Source: Octopus sinensis (Eukaryota). Taken from it: 64,000 nt of DNA. A program made the position numbers and the translations under genes. The notes under the pieces were generated by a model that saw only the letters and a list, made by a program, of their open reading frames with translations, did not search any database and was not told where the DNA came from. This document shows, piece after piece, positions 25,872 through 37,039 of this stretch (position 1 is its first letter; each line of letters begins with the position of its first letter). The stretch is from the NCBI RefSeq assembly GCF_006345805.1, contig NC_043005.1:24862001-24926000 (forward strand), given 5' to 3'.

Positions 25872-26108
25872 CTTTTATTCGTTTATTTGTTTCGGTCATT
25901 TGACTGCGGCCATGTTGGAGCATCGCCTTTAGTCGAGCAAATCGACCCCAGCACTTATTCTTTGTAAGCCTAATACTTATTCTATCGGGCCCTCTTGCCG
26001 AACCGCTAGGTTACGGGGACGTAAACACACCAGCATTGGTTGTCAAGCGATGTTGGAGCGACAAACACAGACACACAAACATATGCATACATACATACAT
26101 ACATACAC

Positions 26109-26150
<42 letters not shown>

Positions 26151-26301
26151 TCGACGGGCTTCTTTCAGTTTCCGTCTACCAAATCCACTCACAAGGCTTT
26201 GGTCGGCCCGAGGCTATAGTTGAAGACACTTGCCCAAGGTGCTACGCAGTAGGACTGAACCCGGAAGCATGTGGTTCGTAAGCAACCTACTTACCACACA
26301 G
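25872..26301 (-). mobile_element. SINE family A copy
   Basis: Full consensus with central microsatellite. Confidence 0.85.
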
Positions 26302-27679
26302 GAGATCACTTCATTAATAATGTTATTACTTATGTCACATGCAGTGTATGTATTGCTTAATTTTACGTGATATGGAATAAACAACGTTCGTTTACAGAAA
26401 CAATCGTAACATCGATTTGACTCCTATTTTCCTCAATTACACACACACACACACACACTCTCTCTCTCTCTCTTGCTACATTCAAGTTTATTTCTTGTAT
26501 TTTTCTCATCTGCTCTGACAGCCTAAAGAAAGTATCTCATTTCTCCGCATTTCATTCGTCAAAAAAATTCTTTTAAACTATCAGCAGAGATGTATAACAG
26601 GTTAGTTTGAAGTAACACTTTGATGGTGTTGTCGTTGTTATTGGTGAGTTTCGGTCGGTTGATTTTCATTAAAAAGAAAAAGAAAAGTGTCGTCATGCCT
26701 AATGCAACCGGGTTCATTTAGTAAACTCTGTCTTTATTTAATCAAATTGTTCAGTGGATTTCGAGGTAATTTTCAATACCAGTTTTGGTCTTATTTCTTT
26801 ATAGTTTTTTTTTCCTTTTCACACCAACTCTGAACTAAGTGGGAACAGAACAGTCAGTACAAGTCGGAAATAGTGTTTTATGTAACAGAATTTAACTACA
26901 AAGTAAGGCTTTTGTGTTTGTGGATAACCTCGTTGTATTTTATATTTTTAAAGTTTTTTTCTTTTCATATTTCATTCATGTTTTCCCCATTCTTTATCTT
27001 TCCATCTTCATTCTTTCTTGCCGTCTTTTTTTTCTTTCTTCTTCCCCCCCCCCACCTTTCATTTACCTGAATTTCACGTGTTACCAGGACAAGGTCTCAG
27101 GTTACTGGCGTCACAGTATTTCGTTATGGTAACCATACAAAGATATATTTATAATTTTCGCCAGTGACAAAAACCTACAAATGCGGGAATTAAATACTTA
27201 TTGAAATTTATTAAATACAGGAATAGGATCTTTATTATTTTATCTCCTTTTTATTTCGAAGATCCACAACTTCTGAACGGACACCCCAAAGCATATGGTG
27301 CCCCGAGTTGTCGGTATTTTCAACTAGCCTTACTTCGAAGACTTATGAGATCCCAGACGTCTCTACCCTTCTGTCAAGTTGCCCACTATTCTATCCAGTC
27401 GGCTGCCCATGTCTCTCTCGCTTCTGCTATTGACCTTCATGAGTAACAGCTAAATGTTTTCGCCTTCAAATGTCTACCCACAATTCTAAAAGTCTTTTCT
27501 ACTTCGTTTTTTTAGTTAAAACAAAGCCAACGGATCGACTATTTTAATATTACTTTTAGTGGTAGTTTGAAATATGAAAATATTAGGGGCCATTATGTTA
27601 TGTATATCCACCTTCCTCACCTTTGTGGTCATGTTTCACTGTAAGGTTTTCTAAAACTTCTACCAGATTGTAAGCCAGC

Positions 27680-27890
27680 GAGGGAGCCTCTTCATGGTCG
27701 TCAAACTTGCTAAAAATAAGTCATCTCCCTAAAATCTCTGTAGTGTTTCTGAAAAGAAATACACTTTGAATATTGTGACCCTGAGTTCACTGTTTTGGGA
27801 AGGACAGGATAGTCACGGTTGGAATATATTTAATCGTGGGTCTGCTCGATTATTCTTCACCTGGAGTTACTTAACAACAACAACAGCATC
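27680..27890 (+). repeat. Old dispersed repeat (family F), unclassified
   Basis: The motif ACTTGCTAGAAATAGC..CCAAATCTCCCTCAAATCAC..AAGGACA..GGATAATG is recognisable here and, diverged, near 15590, 17320, 23770, 30270, 31050, 57370 and 57930. Confidence 0.45.
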
Positions 27891-28397
27891 AATGTAACAA
27901 CGAGACACAAATTCTCGTCAAGTGGAGGCCACAGCACGGTTTCGATTTCTGGTTGAAGTAATTGCATTTTACTTCACTTCCGTTGTTCAGGTTTTTGAGA
28001 AAAGTATGAGCATCACAACCTCACATTTCCGTCCCTGCAACAAGAAAGAATTCAGTGACTGCCTTAGAAAAGAAGTTTAATTCTCACTCCACCCACCTAG
28101 TAAGGTAGAAAAGGAAATGAACAGAAAGAAAGTCACAGGGAAGAAGAATAGGTTACAATTTTGATGGGGGAAAAAAATTTCTCTAGAAAGCTTGTCGCAT
28201 TTCATTTAAGTACCGGAAATAATGAAGTTATTCAACAAATGATATTTTAAGTCTTTATTAACTGGCAATACATCACTTGTACACAATGGCAACACAATTC
28301 AATTAATGTCATTGAATGTATGAAAAACAAACAGTACGTTATTCTCTGTAAAAATAATTATGTTGATGCTTTGACATGTAATATTTATGTGGCCGAG

Positions 28398-28970
28398 AGG
28401 CGGCGAGCTGGCAGAAACGTTAGCACGCCGGGCGAAATGCGTAGCCGTATTTCGTCTGCCGTTACGTTCTGAGTTCAAATTCCGCCGAGGTCGACTTAGC
28501 CTTTCATCCTTTCGGGGTCGATAAATTAAGTACCAGTTACACACTGGGGTCGATATAATCGACTTAATCCGTTTGTCTGTCCTTGTTTGTCCCCTCTGCG
28601 TGTAGCCCCTTGTGGGCAGTAAAGAAATACGTATTTCGTCTGAGTTCAAATTCCGCCGAGGTCGACTTTGCCTTTCATCCTTTCGGGGTCGATTAAATAA
28701 GTACCAGTTATGCACTGGGGTCGATATAATCGACTTAATCCGTTTGTCTGTCCTTGTTTGTCCTCTCTGTGTTTAGCCCCTTGTGGGTAGTAAAGAATTA
28801 TGTATTTCGTTTGTCCTTATGTTCTGAGTTCAAATTCCACTGAGGTCGACGTTGCCTCTCATCCTTTCGGGGTCGATAAATTAACTGCCAGTTGCATACT
28901 GGGGTCGATCTAATCGATTGGCCCCCTCCCCCAAAATTTCGGGCCTTGTACCTTGAGTAGAAACGAATAT
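28398..28970 (+). mobile_element. SINE family B, head-to-tail trimer with two alternative 3' tails
   Basis: One head, three cores; junctions AAAGAAATACGTATTTCG (~28621) and AAAGAATTATGTATTTCG (~28792). The last unit ends in the CCCCAAAATTTCGGGCCTTG tail. Confidence 0.88.
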
Positions 28971-29217
28971 TTATATGGCCGAATAAACACATTTCTAGCA
29001 ACATCCCTCGCCATGTTGGACCGCTGAACTTTACACAGTTTTTCTCTCTCTATTTGTTTTCGTTCTCTCTCTATTTTTACCTCTTATTCCTTTCTGTTGA
29101 AGAGCGTTGGCTGAAAACTTAAATGGCTTTTCCATTTTTCCCGGGCGGTAAACTAATACACCTGCATCTTGTTCCTACACCTGTCTTCGACCTTTGTTTT
29201 TTCTTGTAAATTTGAAA

Positions 29218-29218
<1 letters not shown>

Positions 29219-29301
<83 letters not shown>

Positions 29302-29303
29302 CA

Positions 29304-29334
<31 letters not shown>

Positions 29335-29350
29335 CCACACACACACACAT
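29219..29350. repeat. (ATCT)n plus (CA)n microsatellite
   Basis: Directly visible. Confidence 0.95.
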
Positions 29351-29519
29351 GTATTAATAGTAATGGTAAAACAACAAAAGAATGAAAGAGACTTCGATAT
29401 TATGTAAATAGAGGAATTTATCTGTAATATAGTATGTGACAATTATTATGGCAACCGAATAATTGTCGCATATTATATTACAGATATATATATACATGTA
29501 TGTATGTATGTACCCCGTC

Positions 29520-29544
<25 letters not shown>

Positions 29545-29550
<6 letters not shown>

Positions 29551-29995
29551 TCAACTCCTCTTCACACTCACGTTTGGTACTACTTCATCACAACCACGCT
29601 TTCTTCACAAACAACTTTCACCCGGATACTATATCTCACATCCCACTAATCAACGTCACCATACTTACGTACTTCCACACTCTTACACACATAACTCCAC
29701 ACATCACTTTCCCCAAATGCTTGCTTCCACACTTTGATGCATTGCTATACTTGCACAACATACTCTACCTTTCCCCTTTTGTAACTACCGTAGAACCGCA
29801 TTACCTCTTGGTTTTTAACTCTTCGCCTGTTTGTTGCTTTCTTCTCACTGACTATCCCGCTTCTCGCTCAAGTTATGCTTTCCTCTTTCTTCTGGTGAAG
29901 TCCTGACGTCCGAAACGTTAAGACGGTTCGTTTTTCCATTAAAGCTTTGTCCTTCTTGTGTTATCTTTTTATTGTTTATTGCACTTCCCGTCTCT
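29545..29995 (+). mobile_element. Putative Penelope-like element terminal remnant
   Basis: C/T-rich non-coding segment ending in a hammerhead-like motif (29888-29923) followed by ATTAAAG. No diagnostic ORF seen, so the assignment is an inference. Confidence 0.4.
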
Positions 29996-30478
29996 TTCAC
30001 ACACACACACACACGTACAACGAAGCAACGTACAACGAGGGTCTTTTGCTAACTATTTCTAGCTTATCGAGCGACTCTTACCATATCGATATGGTAAAAG
30101 GATTTAATTTGAAACAAAAAACCCTTGACTAATCATAAAAACCACTGTTCTAATTATATACAAAGATCCCTTATTTGGTATATGCATAAAAATCCCGAGT
30201 TCCGATAAGGCATAAAGAACCCTTTATTTTTATTGGGTACATCGCAGCATTCTGCGTGATCACTCGACTTGAGACTGATCAAATCTCCATCAACTCACTT
30301 CCTAAAGTCTTAAATAAGAACACATCAGATAATGTTCTACATACGTCCAAGTAGTGGACCCTTATCATTGGCTAGTTGGATCAGAATTGCTTTGGAGCTA
30401 AACAATAGTAACTAGACATTAAGGCTCTACATTTAAGTAAGCAGAAAGACCCTATATTTAAGTTGGCATACATATCAA

Positions 30479-30738
30479 CGTGGAGGCACATGGCCTAGTG
30501 GTTAGAGCAGCGGACTGGGGTTCGAATCTCAGACCGGGCGATGTGTGTGTTTATGAGCAGAAAAACACATAAGCTCCACGCGGCTCCGGCAGAAGGTAAT
30601 GGTGAACTTCTGCTGACTCTTTCGCCACAACTTTCTCTCACTCTTTCCTCATGCATCTTGCAGTTCACCTGCGACGTCCAGGTGGGGAACCCATACACCA
30701 AGGAAACCGGGAAAGCGGCCCTTATGAGCCAGGTGTGG
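30479..30738 (+). mobile_element. SINE related to family C with a different 3' tail
   Basis: Shares the head and CTCCACG.GGCTCCGGCAG...ACTCTTTC.CCACAACTTTCTCTCACTCTT with family C, then diverges to GGAAACCGGGAAAGCGGCCCTTATGAGCC. Confidence 0.7.
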
Positions 30739-31750
30739 CTCGAGAAATGGACAAACAAATACACATCAACAGCGTTTACTGCTTCAAACCAGCTAGGAAA
30801 AAATTTGTGTGAACGCACAACCTTGAATTACTAAAGGACACAATGGAAAATATAGCAAGGTAGCTTTGCCAACTTAAATATAGGGTCTTCCTGCCTACTT
30901 AAAATATAGGGGCTTAATGTCTAGTTACTGTTGTACCGCCAAAGCAATCCTGATCCAACTGGTCAATAAGGGTCCACGATTTCAAGTTAAATCCTTTTAC
31001 AATATCGATCATCTGATTATATCGAACTAACAAGGGAATCCCTATAGAATCGCTCGATCAGCTAGAAATAGCTAGCAAAATACTCTCGTTGTGTCGTAGC
31101 ATCTTCGAAAAAGAAAGGCCTCGTTGGATAATACAGAAATATATATTTGATACTGTAAATGGATCTCTGTCGACTTCGACGATGACCATTCAGCTGTTTG
31201 ATCAAGTGAACTATGCACTTATTAAATTTTCATATTAATGTTTGAGTAGACCGAATCGAGGGTTTCCGTGTGTTATGATTGGCTGAATTACAGGTATAAG
31301 TCCATCCAGTGAGCCTCTTCATAGTTTTCACCTATCCACTTCCTTTCACAGAACCCGGGACGACACGAAACTATAGGAAATAAGACATTAGCTCAAGGTA
31401 GAATTCGAATGCAGTAAGATCGAACCCAGGACCGCGTGATAGCAAAGTGAACTAAACCATTCAGTCATGAGGTATTAAACACATAATGCTTGAAAATGCA
31501 AAATGTGATAGCAAAAGCTAGAACATCTTTGATCGCAGGTCTGCTCAGTCAGTGTTGACCTGTGGTTAAACAGCAGCAGCAGCATCTTGTAAAATGTAGG
31601 AAAGCGTTAAACGAAATATCTTAATGCAATTTATTTAACCCGTTAAGTCTCACTGTCCTATAAATAGGACACTAAATGAGAACATTAAATAAGCTATAAT
31701 TTTTAGGACACCGAGTATTTCCATTTCTACTTGAAGTAAAGGAGTTTTAA

Positions 31751-31974
31751 TACTCTTTTACTTGTTTCAGTCATTTGACTGCGGCCATGCTGGAGCACCG
31801 CCTTTAGTCGACCAACTCGACCCCGGGACTTATTCTTTCTTTGTAAGCCCAGTACTTATTCTATCGGTCTCTTTTGCCGTACCGCTAAGTGACGGGGACG
31901 TAAACACACCAGCATCGGTTGTCAAGCAATGCTAGGGGTCAAACACAGACACAAACACATACACACACACACAC

Positions 31975-32023
<49 letters not shown>

Positions 32024-32178
32024 TACGATAGGCTTCTTTCAGTTTCCGTCTACCAAATCCACTCACAAGGCATTGGTCGGCCCGGGGTTATAGCAGAAGA
32101 CACTTGCCCAAGATGCCACGCAGTGGGACTGAACCCGGAACCATGTGGTTGGTTAGCAAGCTACTTACCACACAGCCA
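31751..32178 (-). mobile_element. SINE family A copy (left arm of an inverted pair)
   Basis: Full consensus. Confidence 0.9.
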
Positions 32179-32245
32179 AATTATTTTTTTTCATTTTAAC
32201 CTATTTTCAATCACTTGTAAAAATTTAAAAGTGATATTCAGAAAT

Positions 32246-32641
32246 TGGTAAGTGTGGTAAGTAGCTTGCTTACCAACGACATGGTTCCGGGTTCAGTCCC
32301 ACTGCGTGGTACCTTGGGCAAGTGTCTTCTACTATAGCCTCTGGTCGACCAAAGCCTTGTAAGTGGATTTGGTAGACGGAAAATGAAAGAAGCCCGTCGT
32401 ATATATGTATATATGTACATGTGTGTATATATTTGTGTGTCTGTATTTGCCTCCCCAACATCACTAGACAACCGATGCTGGTGTGTTTACGTCCCCGTAA
32501 CCTAGCGGTTCGGCAAGAGAGCCCGATAGAATAAGTACTAGGCTTACAAAGAATAAGTGCTGGGGTCGATTTGATCGCCTAAAGGCGGTGCTCCAGCATG
32601 GCCGCAGTCAAATAACTGAAACAAGTAAAAGTAAAAGAGTA
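32246..32641 (+). mobile_element. SINE family A copy (right arm of an inverted pair)
   Basis: Full consensus in the opposite orientation, ~70 bp from the left arm. Confidence 0.9.
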
Positions 32642-32773
32642 CTCTGGGACTTAATGGGTTAAGTGCCTTTTTCCTTCTGAGGTCAGATTCCACAGATGCC
32701 AGTTTTTCCATCCAGCCGTGGTCGATGAAATAAAGTGTCCATCAAGTATTTGCGTCGACCCCGTTTTCAAATA

Positions 32774-33152
32774 CACTACCGTCAGAAATTAATTAGCACC
32801 CTTGATTTGCTCTTCACTCAAGGTATGTGCTGTCACCTAGTGGCCATATCTCGAACTATTGCTTTGTTGCGAGTTCACTGTTGCGCAGAACGATGACGTA
32901 ACTTTGTTTGCAGAGCAGTTTGAGAGTCTACAGCCTTATGATGTTGACATAGCAGTGCAACAACAACTTGGAGTGCGGATGTAGACAAACTTCCTTTGTT
33001 TAATAGATATAGGTAGCGCCTCGCAAGGACCGAAATCATACCATACTAAGTTTTCTCATCGCGTAAGACGTTTTGAACAGCTCATAGGTTAATTGATTTA
33101 ACCTATTTAATGTAGAAATTTGAGAAGTGCTAATTAATTTCTGACGCAAGTG
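32774..33152. mobile_element. Tc1-type MITE, 379 bp
   Basis: TA|CACTACCGTCAGAAATTAATTAGCAC ... GTGCTAATTAATTTCTGACGCAAGTG|TA: 26-bp TIR with TA duplication. Confidence 0.85.
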
Positions 33153-33519
33153 TATATAAAGCTTTGTACAAAACCTAGACACCAATAGCGATGATTGAAG
33201 TGTGTTGGTATGATTGTCACAAGTGCCTATTTATTTTCGCTATAGCACAAATGAATTGCACTTTAAGAATGCATTAGTGTTATTCCCCAAGGCAATACCT
33301 ATACACGTAGAGCTTTATTGAGCAAATATATTGGATCGAATTCAAAACAGTTTTACTACTGAGAAATAAATATATTCATGAGCTATTCGTTACAAAAATG
33401 TAAAAAAAAAAAAAAAAAAAAGAGAAAGTTATATATTGCTGAATTGAAGTTAACGGGAGAGCACTTTGTAATAAAGTTGTCTCCCTTGGAAAAGTACATT
33501 TGTTCGTCATCGTGATCCG

Positions 33520-33714
33520 AAATGTTTAGCGATATTTCGCCTGCCGTTACGTTCAGAGTTCGAATTCCGCCGAGGTCGACTTTACCTTTCATCCTTTCGG
33601 GGTCGATAAATTAAGTACCAGTCACGCACTGGGATCGATGTAATCGACTTAATCCCTTTGTCTGTCCTTGTTTGTCCCCTCTATGTTTAGCCCCTTGTGG
33701 GCAATAAAGAAATA
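33520..33714 (+). mobile_element. SINE family B copy, 5'-truncated
   Basis: Core plus the TTTGTC.GTCCTTGTTTGTCCCC tail. Confidence 0.85.
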
Positions 33715-33728
33715 TAATATTTACATGC

Positions 33729-34130
33729 TCTTTACTCTTTTACTTGTTTCAGTCATTTGACTGCGGCCATGCTGGAGCACCGCCTTTAATCGAGCAACTC
33801 GACCCCGGGACTTATTCTTTTGTAAGCCCAGTACTTATCCTATCGGTCACTTTTGCCGAACCGCTAAGTAACGGAGACATAAACACACCAGCATCGGTTG
33901 TCAAGCAATGCTAGGGGGACAAACACAGACACACACACGCATATATATATATATATATACATATATACGACGGGCTTCTTTCAGTTTCCATTTACCAAAT
34001 CCACTCACAAGGCTTTGGTCGGCCCGTGGCTATAGTAGAAGACACTTGCCCAAGGTGCCACGCAGTGGGACTGAACCCGGAACCATGTGGCTGGTAAACA
34101 AGCTACTTACCACACAGCCACTCCGGCACC
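33729..34130 (-). mobile_element. SINE family A copy
   Basis: Full consensus; last CpG-intact family A copy before the CpG-depleted domain. Confidence 0.88.
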
Positions 34131-34810
34131 TATATATTTTCTTTCTTCCTTTCTTTTCTTTTATTTCCCCCCTCCTCTCTTTCTCACATGCTAAATTTTT
34201 ACTTAAAATTAAATCTGTGAACTTCTTAGACATGTCCCAAACTGCTGTTCCAGTGCTTTTTTCAGTTTCACAATCATATACGATAATGTTGGCGGTGCAC
34301 TTTATTATGCTTCGGCAGTTTTTAGAAGGCAACACCAGTTTTCCCTGATGCGATGTTTATAAATTCAGGATTTGTAGCAGCTTCAGTCTTCGTTATTATA
34401 ATGATATAATTATAAATGTTACCTTTTTTTTTCGTCTTAAATTCGGAAAAGTAATCAGAAAATGGAGACCCCCCCGCCAAAAAAAAAGTTAATTTCCAAT
34501 TTAAAATTTATTTTATTTTTCTTCCATTCAGATATCCAACATGACAAGAATCTTTCAAGACAAGATTTCACCAAACTTAAAAAAGTAGGTCCTTTGTTAT
34601 TATTTTTTTGGGGGTTATAGTTTTTCAATTTTTTTTTTTTTAGTTTTAATTTTAACTGTAACTAATCAACATTAACTAAAATCAATACCAATCACAATCT
34701 AATAATATTGATTTTTTAACACTGGTATAAAGCCATCACACATTTCATTCTTTACCTTCTTTTTAGGCCCCAGAAAGTTAGAATTATTTCTCACTGAAGT
34801 GTGTGTGCGT

Positions 34811-34845
<35 letters not shown>

Positions 34846-35092
34846 TGATGCTTTGCTTGTTTCAGTCCAGATGAGCTGACAACAAATTCCACTCCCAACT
34901 TCATTAGTTAATCTCAGCAGGATTTGAATTCATGTTATTATAATGATGCATTTATCATCATCAGTTTTAACGTTCACTTTTCCATGCTTGCATGGGTCAG
35001 AAGGAATTTGGGGTGAAACAAAGGATAGCACTTGTGTGACAGTGACACTCGTTTACACCTAAATCATGAGTCAAAGTGAGCAAGGAGATTTC

Positions 35093-35136
<44 letters not shown>

Positions 35137-35655
35137 CAAATTGGTGGTGATCGGTGATTTCCAGAAAAGAAACACAAACAGTAAAAGTCATCTGGATGTA
35201 CACAGGATGAAAGTTTTGGTGAAACTTTTTGATGGAAAATTAAAAGTAAAAACATGATGTTTTGAACATCGACTCTTTGTGGGTTAGTAGAAGAAAGTCT
35301 AGAGAAGAGGAAAAGGAGGAAGGAATGGCTATTTTGGAGAAAAGCATGTGGGTCACTACATGGTAAAAAAATTACACAATGGGCTTCTTACAGATTCTGT
35401 TTACCAAGTCTCCTCACAAGGCTTTGGGTGACCTGTAGCTATAGTAGAAAACACTTGCATAAGATAATTACTATTTGTAAATCTTACAATGAGAGACATT
35501 TAGCAACAGTACTTTGTAGTACTCCAAAATACTGTTGCTGAATATCTCTCATTGTGAGATTTACAAATAGTAATTTTCTAATTTATAAATCAGTGACTTG
35601 TTGTCACTTTGAAAACTATATATTTTAGCAGTGTCACCTCTAGCCAAACAATTAT

Positions 35656-35700
35656 TCTGAGCTGATGAAGGGAAATAGCCCGGAAATCGTGATACACAGA
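35656..35700 (+). ncRNA. Minimal type I hammerhead ribozyme-like motif
   Basis: TCTGAG-CTGATGA-A-GGG(AAATAG)CCC-G-GAAA-TC(GT)GAT-A-CACAGA. Canonical core, 3-bp stem II, near-palindromic stem III, AUA cleavage triplet, 5/6-bp stem I. Folded by eye. Confidence 0.5.
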
Positions 35701-36296
35701 TATTGTTTTGAGCTTAGTGGGGCTGCTAGATTCCTTTGTTCAAAAATATGACACTGATTGTGACGTATAGCCAGCTGGAGACGATGTCTCCTGGGGCTAA
35801 ATTAGAGCAACATTTGTCCTAAACCAGGACTGCCATGTTATGTTGGCAAACAATCTTTACTCCACTTGCATAAGATGTCACACAGTGGAACTGAACCTGG
35901 AAGCAGATGATTGCGAGATAAGATTCTTATCACCCAGCCATGCCTGTACTTCCTGTAGATTTATGTAGTTTTTTTGATTCATTGAAGAATCTACTCATTG
36001 AATTAACATATGATGTGGTTGAGTATTCCACAGATACTTGTACTTTTAATCTAATTCTCAGGTGTCTGAGTGACACTGTGTGACTAAGTTTGACTTTTGA
36101 ATTTCAGGTCCAATCAATTCATTGAAATTCTACACAGTTTCTGACTCACAGTTTCTCTTACAAGACTTTGGCATATGTCTTTTTCCATAGCTTTTGGTCA
36201 ACTAAAGATACAAGACACCATGAAGTGGAATCAAACTTGCCAGACAGACAAAAGTCTGATAAGCTCTAACTAAATATCAAAGAAGATTTTTTTTTT

Positions 36297-36897
36297 ATGC
36301 TCCATGGTCATGTACTACAGATAGATGAGGAGAGGTGTATGAAGAAGCACCACTCCCAAACAGTTGAAGGAATCCGGGGTAGAGGTAGACTCAGGAAGAC
36401 ATGGGATGAGGTGGTCAAGCATGACCTTCAAATGTTGGGCCTCAGAGAGGCAATGACAAAAGACCGAGACCTTTGGAGATATGCTGTGACTGCAAAGACC
36501 CAACCTGCTGTGCTTGAGGAGACCTATTGAGTCAAGTACATCAAAATAAAAATCAAATGGAAATTGTAGTTGTGATACCCGTGCTGGTGGCACGTAAAAA
36601 GCACTATCCAAATGTGGCCGATGCCAGCGTCATCTTGACTGGCGTCTGTGCCGGTGGCACATAAAAATCACCAACTGATTGTGGCCGTTGCCAGCCTCCT
36701 CTGGTCCCTGTGCATGTAAAAAGCACCCAATACACTCACGGAGTGGTTGATGTTAGGAAGGGCATCTAGCTGTAGAAACACTGCCAGATCAGACAGGAGC
36801 CTGGTGCAGCCTCCTGGCTTCCCAGATACCAGTCGAACCCTCCAACCCATGCTAGCATGGAAAACAGACGTTAAACGATGATGATGATGATGATAAT
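36297..36897 (+). mobile_element. RTE-clade LINE 3' end (ORF2 C-terminus, 3' UTR, (GAT)n tail)
   Basis: ORF 36297-36530 reads GHVLQ...VEGIRGRGRLRKTWDEVVKHDLQMLGL...DRDLWRYAV. The 3' UTR ends ATGCTAGCATGGAAAACAGACGTTAAACGATGATGATG. Confidence 0.8.
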
Positions 36898-37039
36898 GAT
36901 GAATAATTCTGCCAGTTTACCATTTTTATACTAATGAAGAATACGGATTCTCCTTGAGGGAAAATAACTAAAAGAAAGTTTTGGTTTTAGGATTCCAATC
37001 ACTGAATTTGCTGAGCTGTATTTTGCGGTCCTGTTTCAG

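Larger units (their letters stand above)
31639..32658. mobile_element. piggyBac-type MITE containing two oppositely oriented SINE A insertions
   Basis: TTAA|CCCGTTAAGTCTCA ... TGGGACTTAATGGG|TTAA (14-bp TIR, 2 mismatches, TTAA on both sides). Confidence 0.6.

Noticed and set aside
28398-28970. Regularly repeated units that superficially resemble a CRISPR array
   Set aside because: Units are ~170-bp SINE cores without unique spacers, in eukaryotic DNA with no cas genes.
34030-34348. ORFs at the CpG boundary on both strands
   Set aside because: Partly SINE-derived, with no convincing splice-site pair or recognisable peptide.
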